A DNA stretch of 64,000 nt from the NCBI GenBank assembly GCA_001179505.1, contig CDMY01000305.1, positions 310,001-374,000 on the forward strand, given 5' to 3'. Of this stretch, positions 1 through 13,585 are shown piece by piece; the first letter of the stretch is position 1, and each line of letters opens with the position of its first letter. A program made the translations under genes and the position numbers. This stretch comes from Vitrella brassicaformis CCMP3155 (lineage: Eukaryota > Protista > Chromerida). The notes beneath the pieces are model-generated. The model did not search any database. It worked only from the letters and a program-made list of their open reading frames with translations, and was not told where the DNA came from.

Positions 1-295
1 GTATTCGTCGTCGATACAACAGGTCGCTATGCTCGTTATTCGTGCAGAGGGTTCCGTGATTTGTTAGGTCAGCTCGTTTTTCCTTGGTGTGTGAAGACAC
101 GGTTCAGCGTTACACTCAACAGCGTGACACACATGACCATGTTGGCAGCATTTCATTCAGTGTGTCAGTCGCACGAGCAAATGTGCAGCGACACAAAAGG
201 CACTCACGCACTCATAAACCAAACACTGCATGCACCCAAAACAGTCTTCTGATGCATAGTCCAGACATCTGCTCCAGAGGTAGACAGTCAGTCAG

Positions 296-1595
296 TCAGT
301 AGATGTTGGCCTTGAGGCCAGACGGCCGATTGCCGTCGTAGCACACGTTGGGCTTCTCGTATCGCGACAGCGGTATAGACAGCCCCGCCTTGTAGCAATG
401 CGACAAGTCGCTCAAACCGATGCACCTGCACAGCACAGCCACACACACAGAGAGAGAGGTTGCTTCCCAGTGACTCGACTGACCTGGGCACGGCGAATTC
501 TTTGGTTCGCTCTTCGAACAGGATGGTGGTCACACTGGATGGGGCCAGCCAAAAGGACGAGTAGGTGACGACAGGAGGCAACTGACATACACAGATGCAC
601 AAAATGATACACATACACAGTGAGCGAGAACAATGGCTGGCTGTTCCTGCTCTCCTTTCTCACACCTACCCTACCTGCAGCAAGTGGGCGAGCCATGTGA
701 GTCCGAATCCGCCGTGGCAGACCACAGCCACCTGTGAACGACGATGCGGCGCCTTTGCGGCACTCGAGAGGATGCGATACCTGACACCCATACACAAACA
801 GAGCCAAAGACGAAAAGTGAGTGACGGCCGCTCACCCACCCACCCACCCACCCACCGGCCCTTTCTCAGTTTGCCTACTTTGATCCCTCCTCTCTCTCAA
901 AGCCAAGACGCCGGAAAAACTCATCACTCCTGAACAAATAAACAGGACAAAATGAACGATATACGGCTTGCATTGCGTCCTGCGTGGGATGGCTGGCCTT
1001 CCTACCTACCTTTCGCAGAGGTTCTGGTAGAGCTTCTGTATCTCCTGCCCATCATGCAGCAGTTCCCACTGCGTGCCGTGCGTGTGTGGGATGTCAGACC
1101 CCCTCGCCAACTCACCCGCTATGTCTGCATGCCATCATGTCATGACTGACCTGTGCTGTGCACTCGCTCACCCCATATAGCCCAGCCACCTGCATCGATA
1201 CCATAACGACAGGTGCGTGCCTGCCACTCCTTCCTTCCCGCCCATACTAGCTTACCTTCTCCCGGCCGCGCATCGCAGTTCATCCACTTGGGCCAGTCAA
1301 CCAGCTCCTGCATGCAACAGCCATTCACACAGACACCTCAGCATGACATCCATCCCATCTGTGTGCCCCCACTCACCTTTGTCCAGTCTTCTATCTCGAG
1401 TGGCAGCCCGAGCGATGCTGCAGCCGCCTCAGCAGTGGCCCTCGCTCTTCCCATTGGCGAGGAGAACAAGCGCGTGACGGGCGGATCTTCTGCGGCGAGC
1501 CTTTCGGCCAGCGCAGCAGCCTGTTTGCGCCCCTCTGGCGTGATGCTATCACCGTGGTACTCTGGATCTGCGTGCCGAATGAGGAGCAGCCGCAT
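296..1595 (-). CDS. Histidine phosphatase (phosphoglycerate mutase-like) family protein, about 6 exons
   Basis: Starts MRLLLIRHADPEY (RH catalytic motif), then SSPMGRARATA; later exons give VAVVCHGGFGLTWLAHLLQ (second His motif) and PSSVTTILFEERTKEFAVPRC, ending GLKANIY* (TGA at 296-298). GT-AG introns link the exons. Confidence 0.88.
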
Positions 1596-2317
1596 CGTCT
1601 GCAGATCTGTCTGCTTCCTGCAACCAAGCATCACATTACGAAGCAACGGCATGGCACGAGGACACGCAGCTGGGAATGATGGTTCGTACCGTGATTGAGC
1701 CGCTTCCGCTGCTCCCGCCTTTTTCAGCTCGCATGAGGCGAAAGAGGCGCGATTGAATTCATGTGAATTCGATATGAGAGGTCAAAATTGAACGGATGAG
1801 GGTCCAGACAAGCACACATGTATGCAGCAAATCAATGAGTGGGCCACTCACTATACACACGTCCGGGAAAAAGAGAGCTCCTCTCTTCGCCTCTTCCCCT
1901 TCATCGACTCGACGGACACTCTCTACCTCATGGTGCAAAAAATACACTCGCATGCACACACACATGATGTGGATGGATGGATACGTCATACACACACATG
2001 CATATGCACACACGCATAGCATACACATGCACAAGCTGATGGATGGCTGGCTGGTTGCCTTGAGGCCCCATCGACAAGTATCCCCCCCACCCCATCTACC
2101 CGACACATAAATCCACGCGCACTTGGTGCGCATATGAGCAAACAACACCGACCATTCCTTCCAACGACAAAGACACTGGTCAGAGGGAGAGCTGGCTGGC
2201 TCACGCCCAGGCCCCACACCCTCACAGACAAACACCAGACACATACTCATTGATGCAAATGCACACCACGCTACTGTACAGACCGACAGAGAGGATGGTG
2301 GGATAATAGTTGTTGGG

Positions 2318-4216
<1,899 letters not shown>

Positions 4217-4223
4217 CAATGTT

Positions 4224-4257
4224 GCGAGCTCAAAAAGCAGATCGTCTTAAAGCTCGC
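4224..4257. promoter_or_regulatory. Candidate promoter element: two oppositely oriented AGCTCGC heptamers in an 81-bp divergent spacer
   Basis: GCGAGCT at 4224-4230 and AGCTCGC at 4251-4257, between the ATGs at 4216(-) and 4298(+). The same heptamer occurs in 7 other divergent spacers. Confidence 0.45.
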
Positions 4258-4297
4258 CCGTGGTGACATCGTGAAACCGTCCCCCGGACGAGAAAAC

Positions 4298-6501
4298 ATG
4301 GACGACGATACGTTGCGTGACGTGTTTGGCGAGTCGCCTGGCGGCGAGGAGGAGCAGCATCCGCAGGACCATGCAGATGCAGATGCGCCGGACGAGCCGG
4401 AGGACGCAGCGCCAGATGCTGAAGACAATGCCGACCAGGAAGCTGATGCTGACGCTGATGCGGATGTAGGAATAGAAGCAGAGGCAGATGAAGACCAGCG
4501 CCGGGACCAAGAGGCAGATCAGCAGCAGCAGCAAGATGATGACAGACCACAAGCCTTCACCAGCGGTGGTGTCGCTGCTGGTGAGGAAGATCAGAACGAG
4601 AGTGAGGAAAGATCACCTGACGAGCAGCAGGCAGCAGCAGCGGCAGCATCAGGATCAGCATCAGCAGCAGGAGCGAGAGAAGAGGACGAGGGGTTGTTCG
4701 ACGACCATGACCAGCATGAGGAGGATGAGGCCGAGCCGGTCGACGAGCAGGGCGAGGAGCAGGAGCGGGACGACGACATGGGGATCGAAGGACAGGACGA
4801 CAGGGAGCCGAGCTATGCGAGGATGGCCCCAATGCAGGTCGAGGAGGTGAGGTGCATACCGATCCGATTCATGATGTGTGCGCATGTGTGAATGCATCAT
4901 GAGAGCAGGAGCCGAGGATGGCTGTCGTGTCGAGGAACATCCCCGTCAGGGACTTCCCTAAGCGAAAGCGACAGGTACGCCACATCACATCACCACCCGA
5001 CCGAGTCTCTCCTCTGTACATCTGTCTGTCCATTCACTCATCCATTCATGCGTTCAGTTGAACCCGCTGAAGCTGACGGCTGGCGTCAAGTTCGTGGGCA
5101 CGCCCTTTGTGGAGACTCGTGAGCGCGACAAGGAGCGGCTGGACGAGGAGCGGCAGGCGCGGTGGGGCCGCCGGAGGCAGGCTGCTTATGGCGGCATGGA
5201 CGCCAGATACCCACCTGAAGCAACCATCAGGTGACACCATGAGAGCTTACCCCCACCGGTTGGTTCCCTGTGTGGATGTGTTTGCTGTGCTTACTGTGTG
5301 TGTCAGGTGGCGGTTCAAGATGGATGCGAACGGGCAGATTCTGAGGGACAGCAAGACGGGCAATCCCGTGGTGAGCCTGGACCATCGAGGAAAGGCAGCG
5401 ACGTCAGTGCGGGCACGTGCACCCACGTGATGCGTATGTTTGTGTGTGTTTCGTGGTTGTGTAGCGGGAGACGAACACCCATCTGGTGCGTTACAAAGAT
5501 GGCAAGTGCGTGCTCTTCATCGGCAGCGAACCATACCTATGCACAGTAACCCACCGGCACGGGCAACGAAAAAATAGACCAGATGAGTGCCATGTATTTT
5601 GTGTGTGTGGATATCAATTAGGAGCACAGAGAGGAGCACTTGCACTTCTTTGACGACACAGACGTGAGCAAGCATCTGGAGGGGGGGCTGCATTACGTAT
5701 GTTTGGTATTGTGTGGGTGGTGTTGGCCGCTTGCCTGTGTCCTGCAGGGCGTCAAGGCGCTGCACGGCCCCGCCACCTCTCGGCTGACCCTCAAACCGCC
5801 AGTCAACTTCCAGCTGCTGTAACGCACACCAGAGAGACTGTGTAGAATCTGATGTTGTATTCTGGGTTGTGTTGTGATCAATCTGCCAGGGTCAAGAAGC
5901 CCCAGACCAACAAAGGCAAGGTGGGTGAGACGCACGATGGAAGGACGCGTCAGCCAGCTACAGGGTGCTTCGTTTGTGTGTATGCGGGCTGCGTTCGTTC
6001 CAGGCTGCCCGTGCAATCATGGAGACCACTCCTGAGGAGGCAGAGGCCGCGCAGAAGAGGACAGAAGAGGTCAGTGCGTGGGGGGGTGGGGGTGGGGGGG
6101 CACATCAAAGAGATCGTCCGTCTGTCCTTCTGTCTGTTGTGTGTGTGGTGTGCAGCAACTGGAGGACTCCCGGATGGCAACCGCCAAGCGCAAACGGAAG
6201 ATGCACGAAGCTGACGTACGCCACAGCAACCCGCCACACACACACACACACACACACACGTGTGCGTGCGTCTGTGCAGATGATGGACAGCAGCTTCCTT
6301 GAGGATGATTCGAACGACGAGGGCTCAGGTAGACACCTGAGGGAGAAATGGAGAGATGGGTCAATATGTGTGTGTGTGTGTGTGTGTGCAGATACGTATG
6401 AGAGAGGCCGTGGCAGTTCCAAAAGGTACACAGGCCCCGCTCCGCTCACAGGAGTTGCCTTGCATCCGGCGGTATTGTGTTGTGTGTGCAGACGGCGATG
6501 A
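4298..6501 (+). CDS. LEO1: Paf1 complex subunit Leo1 (RNA polymerase II-associated)
   Basis: Long D/E-rich N-terminus, then RWRFKMDANG..ETNTHLVRYKDGKCVLFIGSEPY, matching the Leo1 core pattern RWR..ESNA.IV.WSDGS.SL.IG.E; LTLKP motif; acidic/basic tail ending RRR*. Confidence 0.8.
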
Positions 6502-7006
6502 GGCGTCAGTTGTGTGCGAGGCGCGGCGTCCAGACCTTTGATGTTGTTGTTGTTGCTAAAAGCGCTGTCGGTAAGGTCCCTCTCGTTGCCTGCATGTGGG
6601 TAGACGAGGGGGCCCTGGCCGACAGGGACTTCACAGCACAGCCCAGCATACTGCCGACGCGTGTAAACGATCTGCATATGATGAAAGGTTGACGATGTAC
6701 CCAAGTAAGCTCTTCAAAAGGCACACGCACACCGACCGCATTCACGTCACGTCATGCATCGCATCCATCCGTGTACGTCCATGTGTCCATGAAGAGTCCT
6801 CTCACTCGGCATGATATGATGCCTTGGCAGTCCAACCCACACGCACACGTACAGACACGCACTCACACGCACCTCACGTGCACGGGCATGTCGCCTCACG
6901 ACTCCACTTGTCTCTTTCGAGCCTTTCCGTCTGCCTGCCTGTCTGTGTCGCTTTATGGGTTTTCTCTCATGTGTTGTAAGTTGTGTGTCACGCATTGTGT
7001 CTGCCG

Positions 7007-10000
7007 TCACATGGCGATGGTGTCGTGTGTGTGGTGGTGGTCGCTCTGTTGGATGCACTCGATGGCCATGTCTTCGCTGCAGGGGTCGCGCAACAGCAAG
7101 AAGTCCATCGTCATGAAAGTCAGACGCATGATCTGTTCCGTCGCCAACTCCTAAATGCACACACACACACAGAGAGACGCAGTCGTCTTGTCGGCTCTGT
7201 GGGTGGATGTGTATGCGTGTGTGGGGCTGTGACCTGCAGTTGTGCCATGTCATTTTCGATTTTGCCCAGCTGACACATCGTCTCGTTCTCCCTGCAATAC
7301 ACATAGTTGTGTGCATCCTCATCAACTTGTTTGCTCTTTTGTGTGACTTACTTGTTGGTGGATTGTTGGAATGTCTTCTGCAGTATTTGGTCCCGCTGCT
7401 CCATCTGGCTGATGCGATCACTCGTAGGCACCACACTCAACTAGCACACACACACGTTGAGCTGATGCAAGATGTGTATGCACTCCTGTGAAAGCGTGTC
7501 ACCCACCCACCTGTTTCTGCATGTTTGTGAAGCTCTCGATGGCGTGTGAGAGTGTGTCGGGCTGCGGACTCCCCTGCACAGACGACCGCTCGCTCGCCGC
7601 CACACTCGCTGCCTTCACCTCAGCTGAGCCAGACACACAAGCGAACGTGTCTCTGTTCTGTTGTCTTTGTGTGTCTCCCTCGTACCAGTGTGTGCGTCCT
7701 GCCCGCCAGTGATGGCCTTCTGCAGCGCCGACAGCACAGCCGCGCCAGAGCCGACAGATGCATGCGGATGCCCCTTACGCTGCACACACACACACACATG
7801 GAGGTCACCCCTTGTGTGTTGTCGTGTGTGTCTGCCTTAACGTTGTGGCTGGGTGATGGCGGTGGAGCGGGGAGTGGCGACGCCGACGACACGTTGCGAT
7901 TGCGGCCGATCGTCAGACCCGTCAGCATGCCTGGCGTGTCGGGTGTCTGTGGTGTGGCCGTGCCACCCCCGCCCTTCAGCTGCTGCTGGCCGCTGCGATT
8001 GATGGCTGGCGGCGCCTTGCCGCCCTTGAGCAGTGTGTTGGGCTTCTTGAGGGTGTGGGCGGGGAGAGGGGGGAATGGCGGGCGAGACGGCAGCAGCAGA
8101 GACGTCGGACGAGGCAGCACAGCAGTGGGACTGCACACATAAACACGAGAGGGTGCATGCGGGTGCCATCCATGTCATGTTGTGGTGTCGTTATTACGTC
8201 TTGGCGACGTGTGCGTGTTTGGGTCGGGGTGGGGCTGCACCCAACTTGTTAGGCATCCTCTTGGGCTGATTGATCACAGCCGCACCCGACACTGACACAC
8301 ACAGAATGCAGTCACATCCCTGGGCTCCTCCTTCGGTTTCATTGGTGGCTGACGTATGGTCTTGGGCGGTCTGATGGGTGAGCTCGGCGGCGGCACCTTA
8401 GGACGGGCGATCACATGACTCGCTCCGGTCGCCTCGGTGGTCAGATGGTGGTGGGGCGTCGGCTTGTGTACAGCAGCAGCAGCAGCTCTGATGGATGGGG
8501 AGGGGCGGGGCGGTGGTTTGGGTCGCTTGATCTGCGGCTCGCCGCTCTCCTGTTGGTGCTCATCACCCAGCGGACGCTTGGCCGGCGACAACGCACACAC
8601 ATCCATACCGTCTGAAGCGCAATGAACAAAGGCAGTGTTTCAAGGCGAGTGTGTGTCTCCGTGTGTGCGCTGACCTGTCGTAGAGTTGTCCTTATTGTCG
8701 TCCTCCTGGTTGGTGCCCTCATCTGTCGTCATCTCCGTCGCAGCCACCGCACCTTCGCCGCCAGCAGAACCGCCTATGGCATCTGTGTGACACACAAACA
8801 GCACAAAATGGAATACACAGCACCCTTCGAGGCGCCTTTCTCTGCCTCCATTCCACCAGTATCGTGTCTCTCATGTTGGTTTTGGCGGTGGTCGGTCATG
8901 GCGTGTGCGGCAGCCGACTCGCCCTCGTGCATCACAAACATACTGACAATGAAAACAGAAGAGGACAGATGGATCGTTCCACAAATGTGTGTAAGATATG
9001 TGTCGCCTTGATTTACCCCTCATGTGTGTCGTCATTGTGTTTGTCTGTTGCGTCGTCCACTGCAGCCGGCGGCCTCGACAGAAACGACAAACCTGACAAA
9101 AAGGCATACACAGAGAGAAGGGGTCGTGGTGCATGAGTGTGGGGCTAGTTTTGTCCTGTCCACGTGCCTGATCCTCCACTCTGAGCAGAGAGGCCGTCCG
9201 CGCTCTGCTGCTTCTGCTGCACGGTCTGGTCGGATGTCGACTTGTCGTCCTTGTCACAGCTGTCGCCGGTGTTCGTCTGCCGCTGGCCGCCGAAGAGCGC
9301 CTGCTTACTCTCACCCACCATCCCCCCTCCCCCTCCTCCTCCGCTGAAGAGCTTCGAGTTGCCGAACCCCCCTCCGAACGCCGCCCCGAACAGCCCTCCA
9401 CCGCCACTGCCGCGATGTGAGGCTGTGGTGGTGTGGTCACCATTTGCGTCTGATGATGAGTCTGAAGGGCCTTGCTGCTGCTGATGCTGGGCGCGGAGAG
9501 CTGCGAAGAGTGAGCCGCCGCTTCCAGCTGCGAAGAATCCTGAACACACACACGCGCACACCGAAATGAATGAATGAACCAGAGGCATGTTGTGTCTCGG
9601 GTAGGTCTCTTTCTCTGTTTTGTGTTACCGCCTGAAGTATCGCCCTGTGAACAAACGACGACACACGGGCATTGATGCAACCGGATGACATGATGATGGT
9701 ACAGTAATGGTGCTGTCTGTGAGGTACTTGTTGGTGTTCTTGCGAAGGCCGAAGAAGAGAGAACTGAGCCGCCACATGACGAATCTGACACAAGCAACGA
9801 AGCAACGAAGAAAAAAGAGCGGTGATGGTGTGGTGGTGACCATTGCTTCTCATGGCAGACCTGTGTTTGCCTTGCTGCGGCTGCTGCTGTTTGTGTTTCC
9901 GAAGGGCGAGGACGGTTTGCTGCCGAACAGCCCGCCGCCAGACGACGACGCACCAGATGACGACAAGAGCAACGAAAAACCACCTGCAGCAACAAATGAC

Positions 10001-10122
10001 AAACACACAGACAAACAAACGGATGCATGGATGGATGGACTCATCGAATAGATGGATGCATCATCTGTTGCTGGACGCATTTTTTCACCTGTGGCTTGGC
10101 CTTCCTTCACCTTGGCGAACAT
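7007..10122 (-). CDS. Low-complexity protein: N-terminal GLFG/FG motifs, central Pro/Lys-rich region, C-terminal predicted coiled coil (about 14 exons)
   Basis: Exons join in phase: MFAKVKEGQATG|GFS..GGGLFGSKPSSPFG..|..GGGGLFGAAFGGGFGNSKLFSGG..ALFGG..|..|ENETMCQLGKIENDMAQLQ|ELATEQIMRLTFMTMDFLLL..AM*. Confidence 0.6.
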
Positions 10123-10248
10123 GTTGGCGGCGTGGGCGTCGGCATCTCAAACGTTAACATATGTATACTCACTCTCACACAGAGATACGTATAGCGATCG
10201 AAAGCGATGCTGCGACAAAACAGCGTAAATTTTAACTAGTAGGCTGCG

Positions 10249-11165
10249 ATGATGCTCGTGGCGTTTGCTGTGTTAATATTCACTGCTGGCGCATGGAATG
10301 GTGGAGGCTCCCATCCCAAGTATGGAGGTAAAATCTTGGGAGCAGCAGAAACATCCGACGGATGCAGAGCGCGATGTGTGTGGCGTGTGCAGGTGGGTAT
10401 GACACACATGGGAACGCACATATCCACCACGGTAAGCCATGTTGCAACGCAGCGCAGCAAGTGTGAATGGATGCATGAATGGACGGATGTGATCTTGTGG
10501 GAAGGTTGTGACGGTGCCTTCGTCCAGACGGAAGGCGGAAAGGACACTCAGCGAGGTACCACGTGCAGCCGCCAACAGAGAGGCCCCATGCTCGAAGGAC
10601 CTCTGTCGTGTGTTCCGGCAGCGCATATTGCATCCATAGCTAATGAGATCTCTCTTCTCCAGCACTCCCTCAAGCAGACAAGCAGCATCATAAGTGCCAC
10701 ACAGGCGTCCATCGACGCTGCCACCACCGTGACATCCCTGGCGCTCTCCGCAGTCGACAAAGCACTTGATCACCACCACAAGGCACTGGCAGCTCTAGAG
10801 CAGCCATGTAAGCCAAGCCAACAGCCAGCCAGGAAGCGGGATGGCCTCCACGTGTCCCCCTTTCCTTGTTTGTTCCGACAGACAGGAAGACCAAGCGTCG
10901 TGGTCCCATCACGATATCGGCACCGCAGAAGCCATCATCCGCCGTGGACGATTACCTGGCCAATCTGGATCCGCGGACTGTTGCGGGGTGGGCAGGGGCC
11001 TTTTTAAAGCCTCAACGGACGACGATGGATGACCTGCTCGATTTGCTAGCAGAGAGAGATAGGGTGAAGCAGCAGCCGCAGCAGCAGCCGCAGGTGGCGC
11101 CGGAGCGTGAGGGGGATGATGAGGAGTGGGATGAGGATATGGAGGAGTTCGACATTCACTTCTAA
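10249..11165 (+). CDS. Hypothetical protein with hydrophobic N-terminus, helical/coiled-coil middle and acidic C-terminus
   Basis: MMLVAFAVLIFTAGA..; exon IASIANEISLLQHSLKQTSSIISATQASIDAA..; last exon ends EGDDEEWDEDMEEFDIHF*. The exon junctions near 10390-10600 are uncertain. Confidence 0.45.
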
Positions 11166-11485
11166 AGGGAAGGGGAAAGGTATGGATGTATTTCGCGGTA
11201 GTGGGTTGGAGGGAGGGAGAAACAAGGTCTATTTCTACTCTACATTTCATGTAGACGGTCGTTTGGCACTCATCGCGTCTCTCTCGCGGTGCGCATCATC
11301 TTTAAACCCACGTTGCTCGCACACATCCACACAAGAGTCCACATTCACCCAGTGTCCCCGTGTCCTTCAAACAAACTCCAGCCACACACTCCCTCCGCCA
11401 CCAGGCATGCACAGAGAGCTGCTATGTTACACAGCATTGGCATCCCGAAGGCTCCCGCACTTCACACCCTGCCTCTGCGCATCAG

Positions 11486-13501
11486 TCAGTCTTCCTCGTC
11501 AGCCCAGGGCGTGCGGATGGCCGTGCGTTGTCCCCCTGTCGCCCCGTCGATGGGCAGGTTGATGGTGTGGGGCAGGCGGGGCAGCGACACAAGGCCCTCC
11601 CATATCTGCTGCTCCAGGTCTTCAAACTGCACCATATAGGGCCTTCCGCACACGGGCTCCAAACTGCATGGTGCACAGCACAGACACGCACAGAGAGGGA
11701 GAGACATGGATGGCAGGACAAGTATGTGTGTGGGTTTCTGTGTGGCTGACCGGCCCATGTGGCGGCTGAGGGGCATGAAGGCGTCCCGCACGCACATAAA
11801 CACGCTGTGGTAGTCCTTCTGCATGGCGTCGTATCTTGCCTTCGCCGCCTTGTCGATCGGCACCGGCTGAAACCCCTGGCCAGACCACCCACCCTCGCCA
11901 CGCAACTGAATGAACCAGCAACAGCAAAGAAACCACACCAATGCCAGCGGTTGGTCGAGAACAAGGGATCTTGGTGCGTGTACCTGTCGCTTGTCGGGGT
12001 TGAGTGCGCGGATCTGCTGCACCGGATCCTGCTCTTTTCGGCGGTAGCTCAGGTTGAGGAAGGTCAGCTTCTTGAACAGCTCGTATGTCGCCAACACAAA
12101 GCCACGCTCCATCAGAGAATGCACCGCTCTGTATGCCTCCTGTATGCAACACGGCATGATCGTTATCTGGTGTATGTGCATTGTGCTGTGTTGTGTTGTG
12201 TTGTGTTGTGTGTTGTCTGTCTTGCCTCAAAGGAGCACATGGGTATGGGTCTGGGAACGGACGGGTACTGGCACATGACGTGGAAGTTCTGAAACAGATA
12301 ACAAAGCCGCCCCTTGCACCAGGCCGCGCGCGACCCGCTGCAGGGGCGGTTGTTGGGGAACAGATACCCGAGCCCCTGATGATAGACAGACACCACCAGA
12401 GAAGGAAACGATACCGTCCGTACACGCGGATGAGACGTGTCTGCTTACCATGAACTCGATGAATCGGTCCTCCTTTGTCATTGGTATGAGCCTCCTGAGC
12501 CTCTCCTTGGCCCCCTGTCCTTCCTCCCTCATCCAGAAGGCCAGCCTACTCCCACACACACGGTCCGCCTCCGCCCACACCATACCACTGACCAAAACAC
12601 AACAAGAAAGACACACAGACATGGCGACAACGAGCAGTTTGTGGTGAATGCGAATGTGTGCCTCCTCACCTATCGGCAGCCGTGTTGAATGCCATGCACA
12701 CCCTCAGAATGCTCCTGAGTGTTCTGAGATTTCCTGCCACGTAGCAGAAGATGGTCGTCCACACCTCCGCGCAGTCCATCGGCGCACTATATCTGGCACG
12801 GGCAGGGACGGCTGCTGTCGGTTTGGACGCAGGGAAGGGGAAGCGGGGCGAGGAGGGGCCCGCACCGGCAGCAGCTGCAGGGGCGGTGTCATTCTTGGGC
12901 AGCACGTCAGCGTTGAGACGGATGGGAGGGCGGGGGCCGGCTGGCTTGGGAGTGATGGAGCGGGTGTCCTCTTTGATGGCGACGGTCTGAGCCCCGGTTT
13001 CAACCATCGAGTGAGTGCGGCTGACGGCATCGGTCTGAAAGCAAGAACACGAAAGAGCTCAATGACTGACAGGAAATGATGATATCCAATTTATCTATCC
13101 ATTACTACCTGTGTTGCCGTTGATGCGGTGGTTTTATGGTGAATGCATGGCATCCCGGCCACCCTGTTCGACTCATACGAAGATAGGAATCGTGTCTTCA
13201 CCCACCGCAGCAGCTGTCCGCACAAGAACATCCCCGCACTCAGACCAACCTGAACGAGACGAGTCGTACACAACGGAACCAATCGCTCGCTCTCTTACGC
13301 CTCATTCCTCCTCACCCATGTGAGCATTGCAGGCCATTGGGAGCTTCCATCCAGCAGCCCATCCAGCAGGAAGGCCAGCACGCCTCCAAACGTCACGACA
13401 ACGAAGAGCCTGGCCTCGGGCAGCCAGGAACTCGGCAGCACAGGATGGAGCACGTAGAACGAAGCGGCCAAAGCCAATATCCACTCCTCGACGGCAGCCA
13501 T
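11486..13501 (-). CDS. Protein with N-terminal transmembrane segments, Pro-rich linker and F-box-like motif
   Basis: Phase-0 joins MAAVEEWILALAASFYVLHPVLP..FVVVTFGGVLAFLL..MLTW|VGLSAGMFLCGQLL..TATQ|TDAVSRTHSMVETG..APMDCAEVWTTIFCYVAGNLRTLRSILRVCMAF; ends PWADEED*. Confidence 0.55.
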
Positions 13502-13585
13502 GTGAACTCCGGACGCCCCCAGATGGGGGCTAAGGTGACGCAGTCTCAACCTCGCCTGCTTTCCTCCTTCCCCCTCGCGCCAAGA

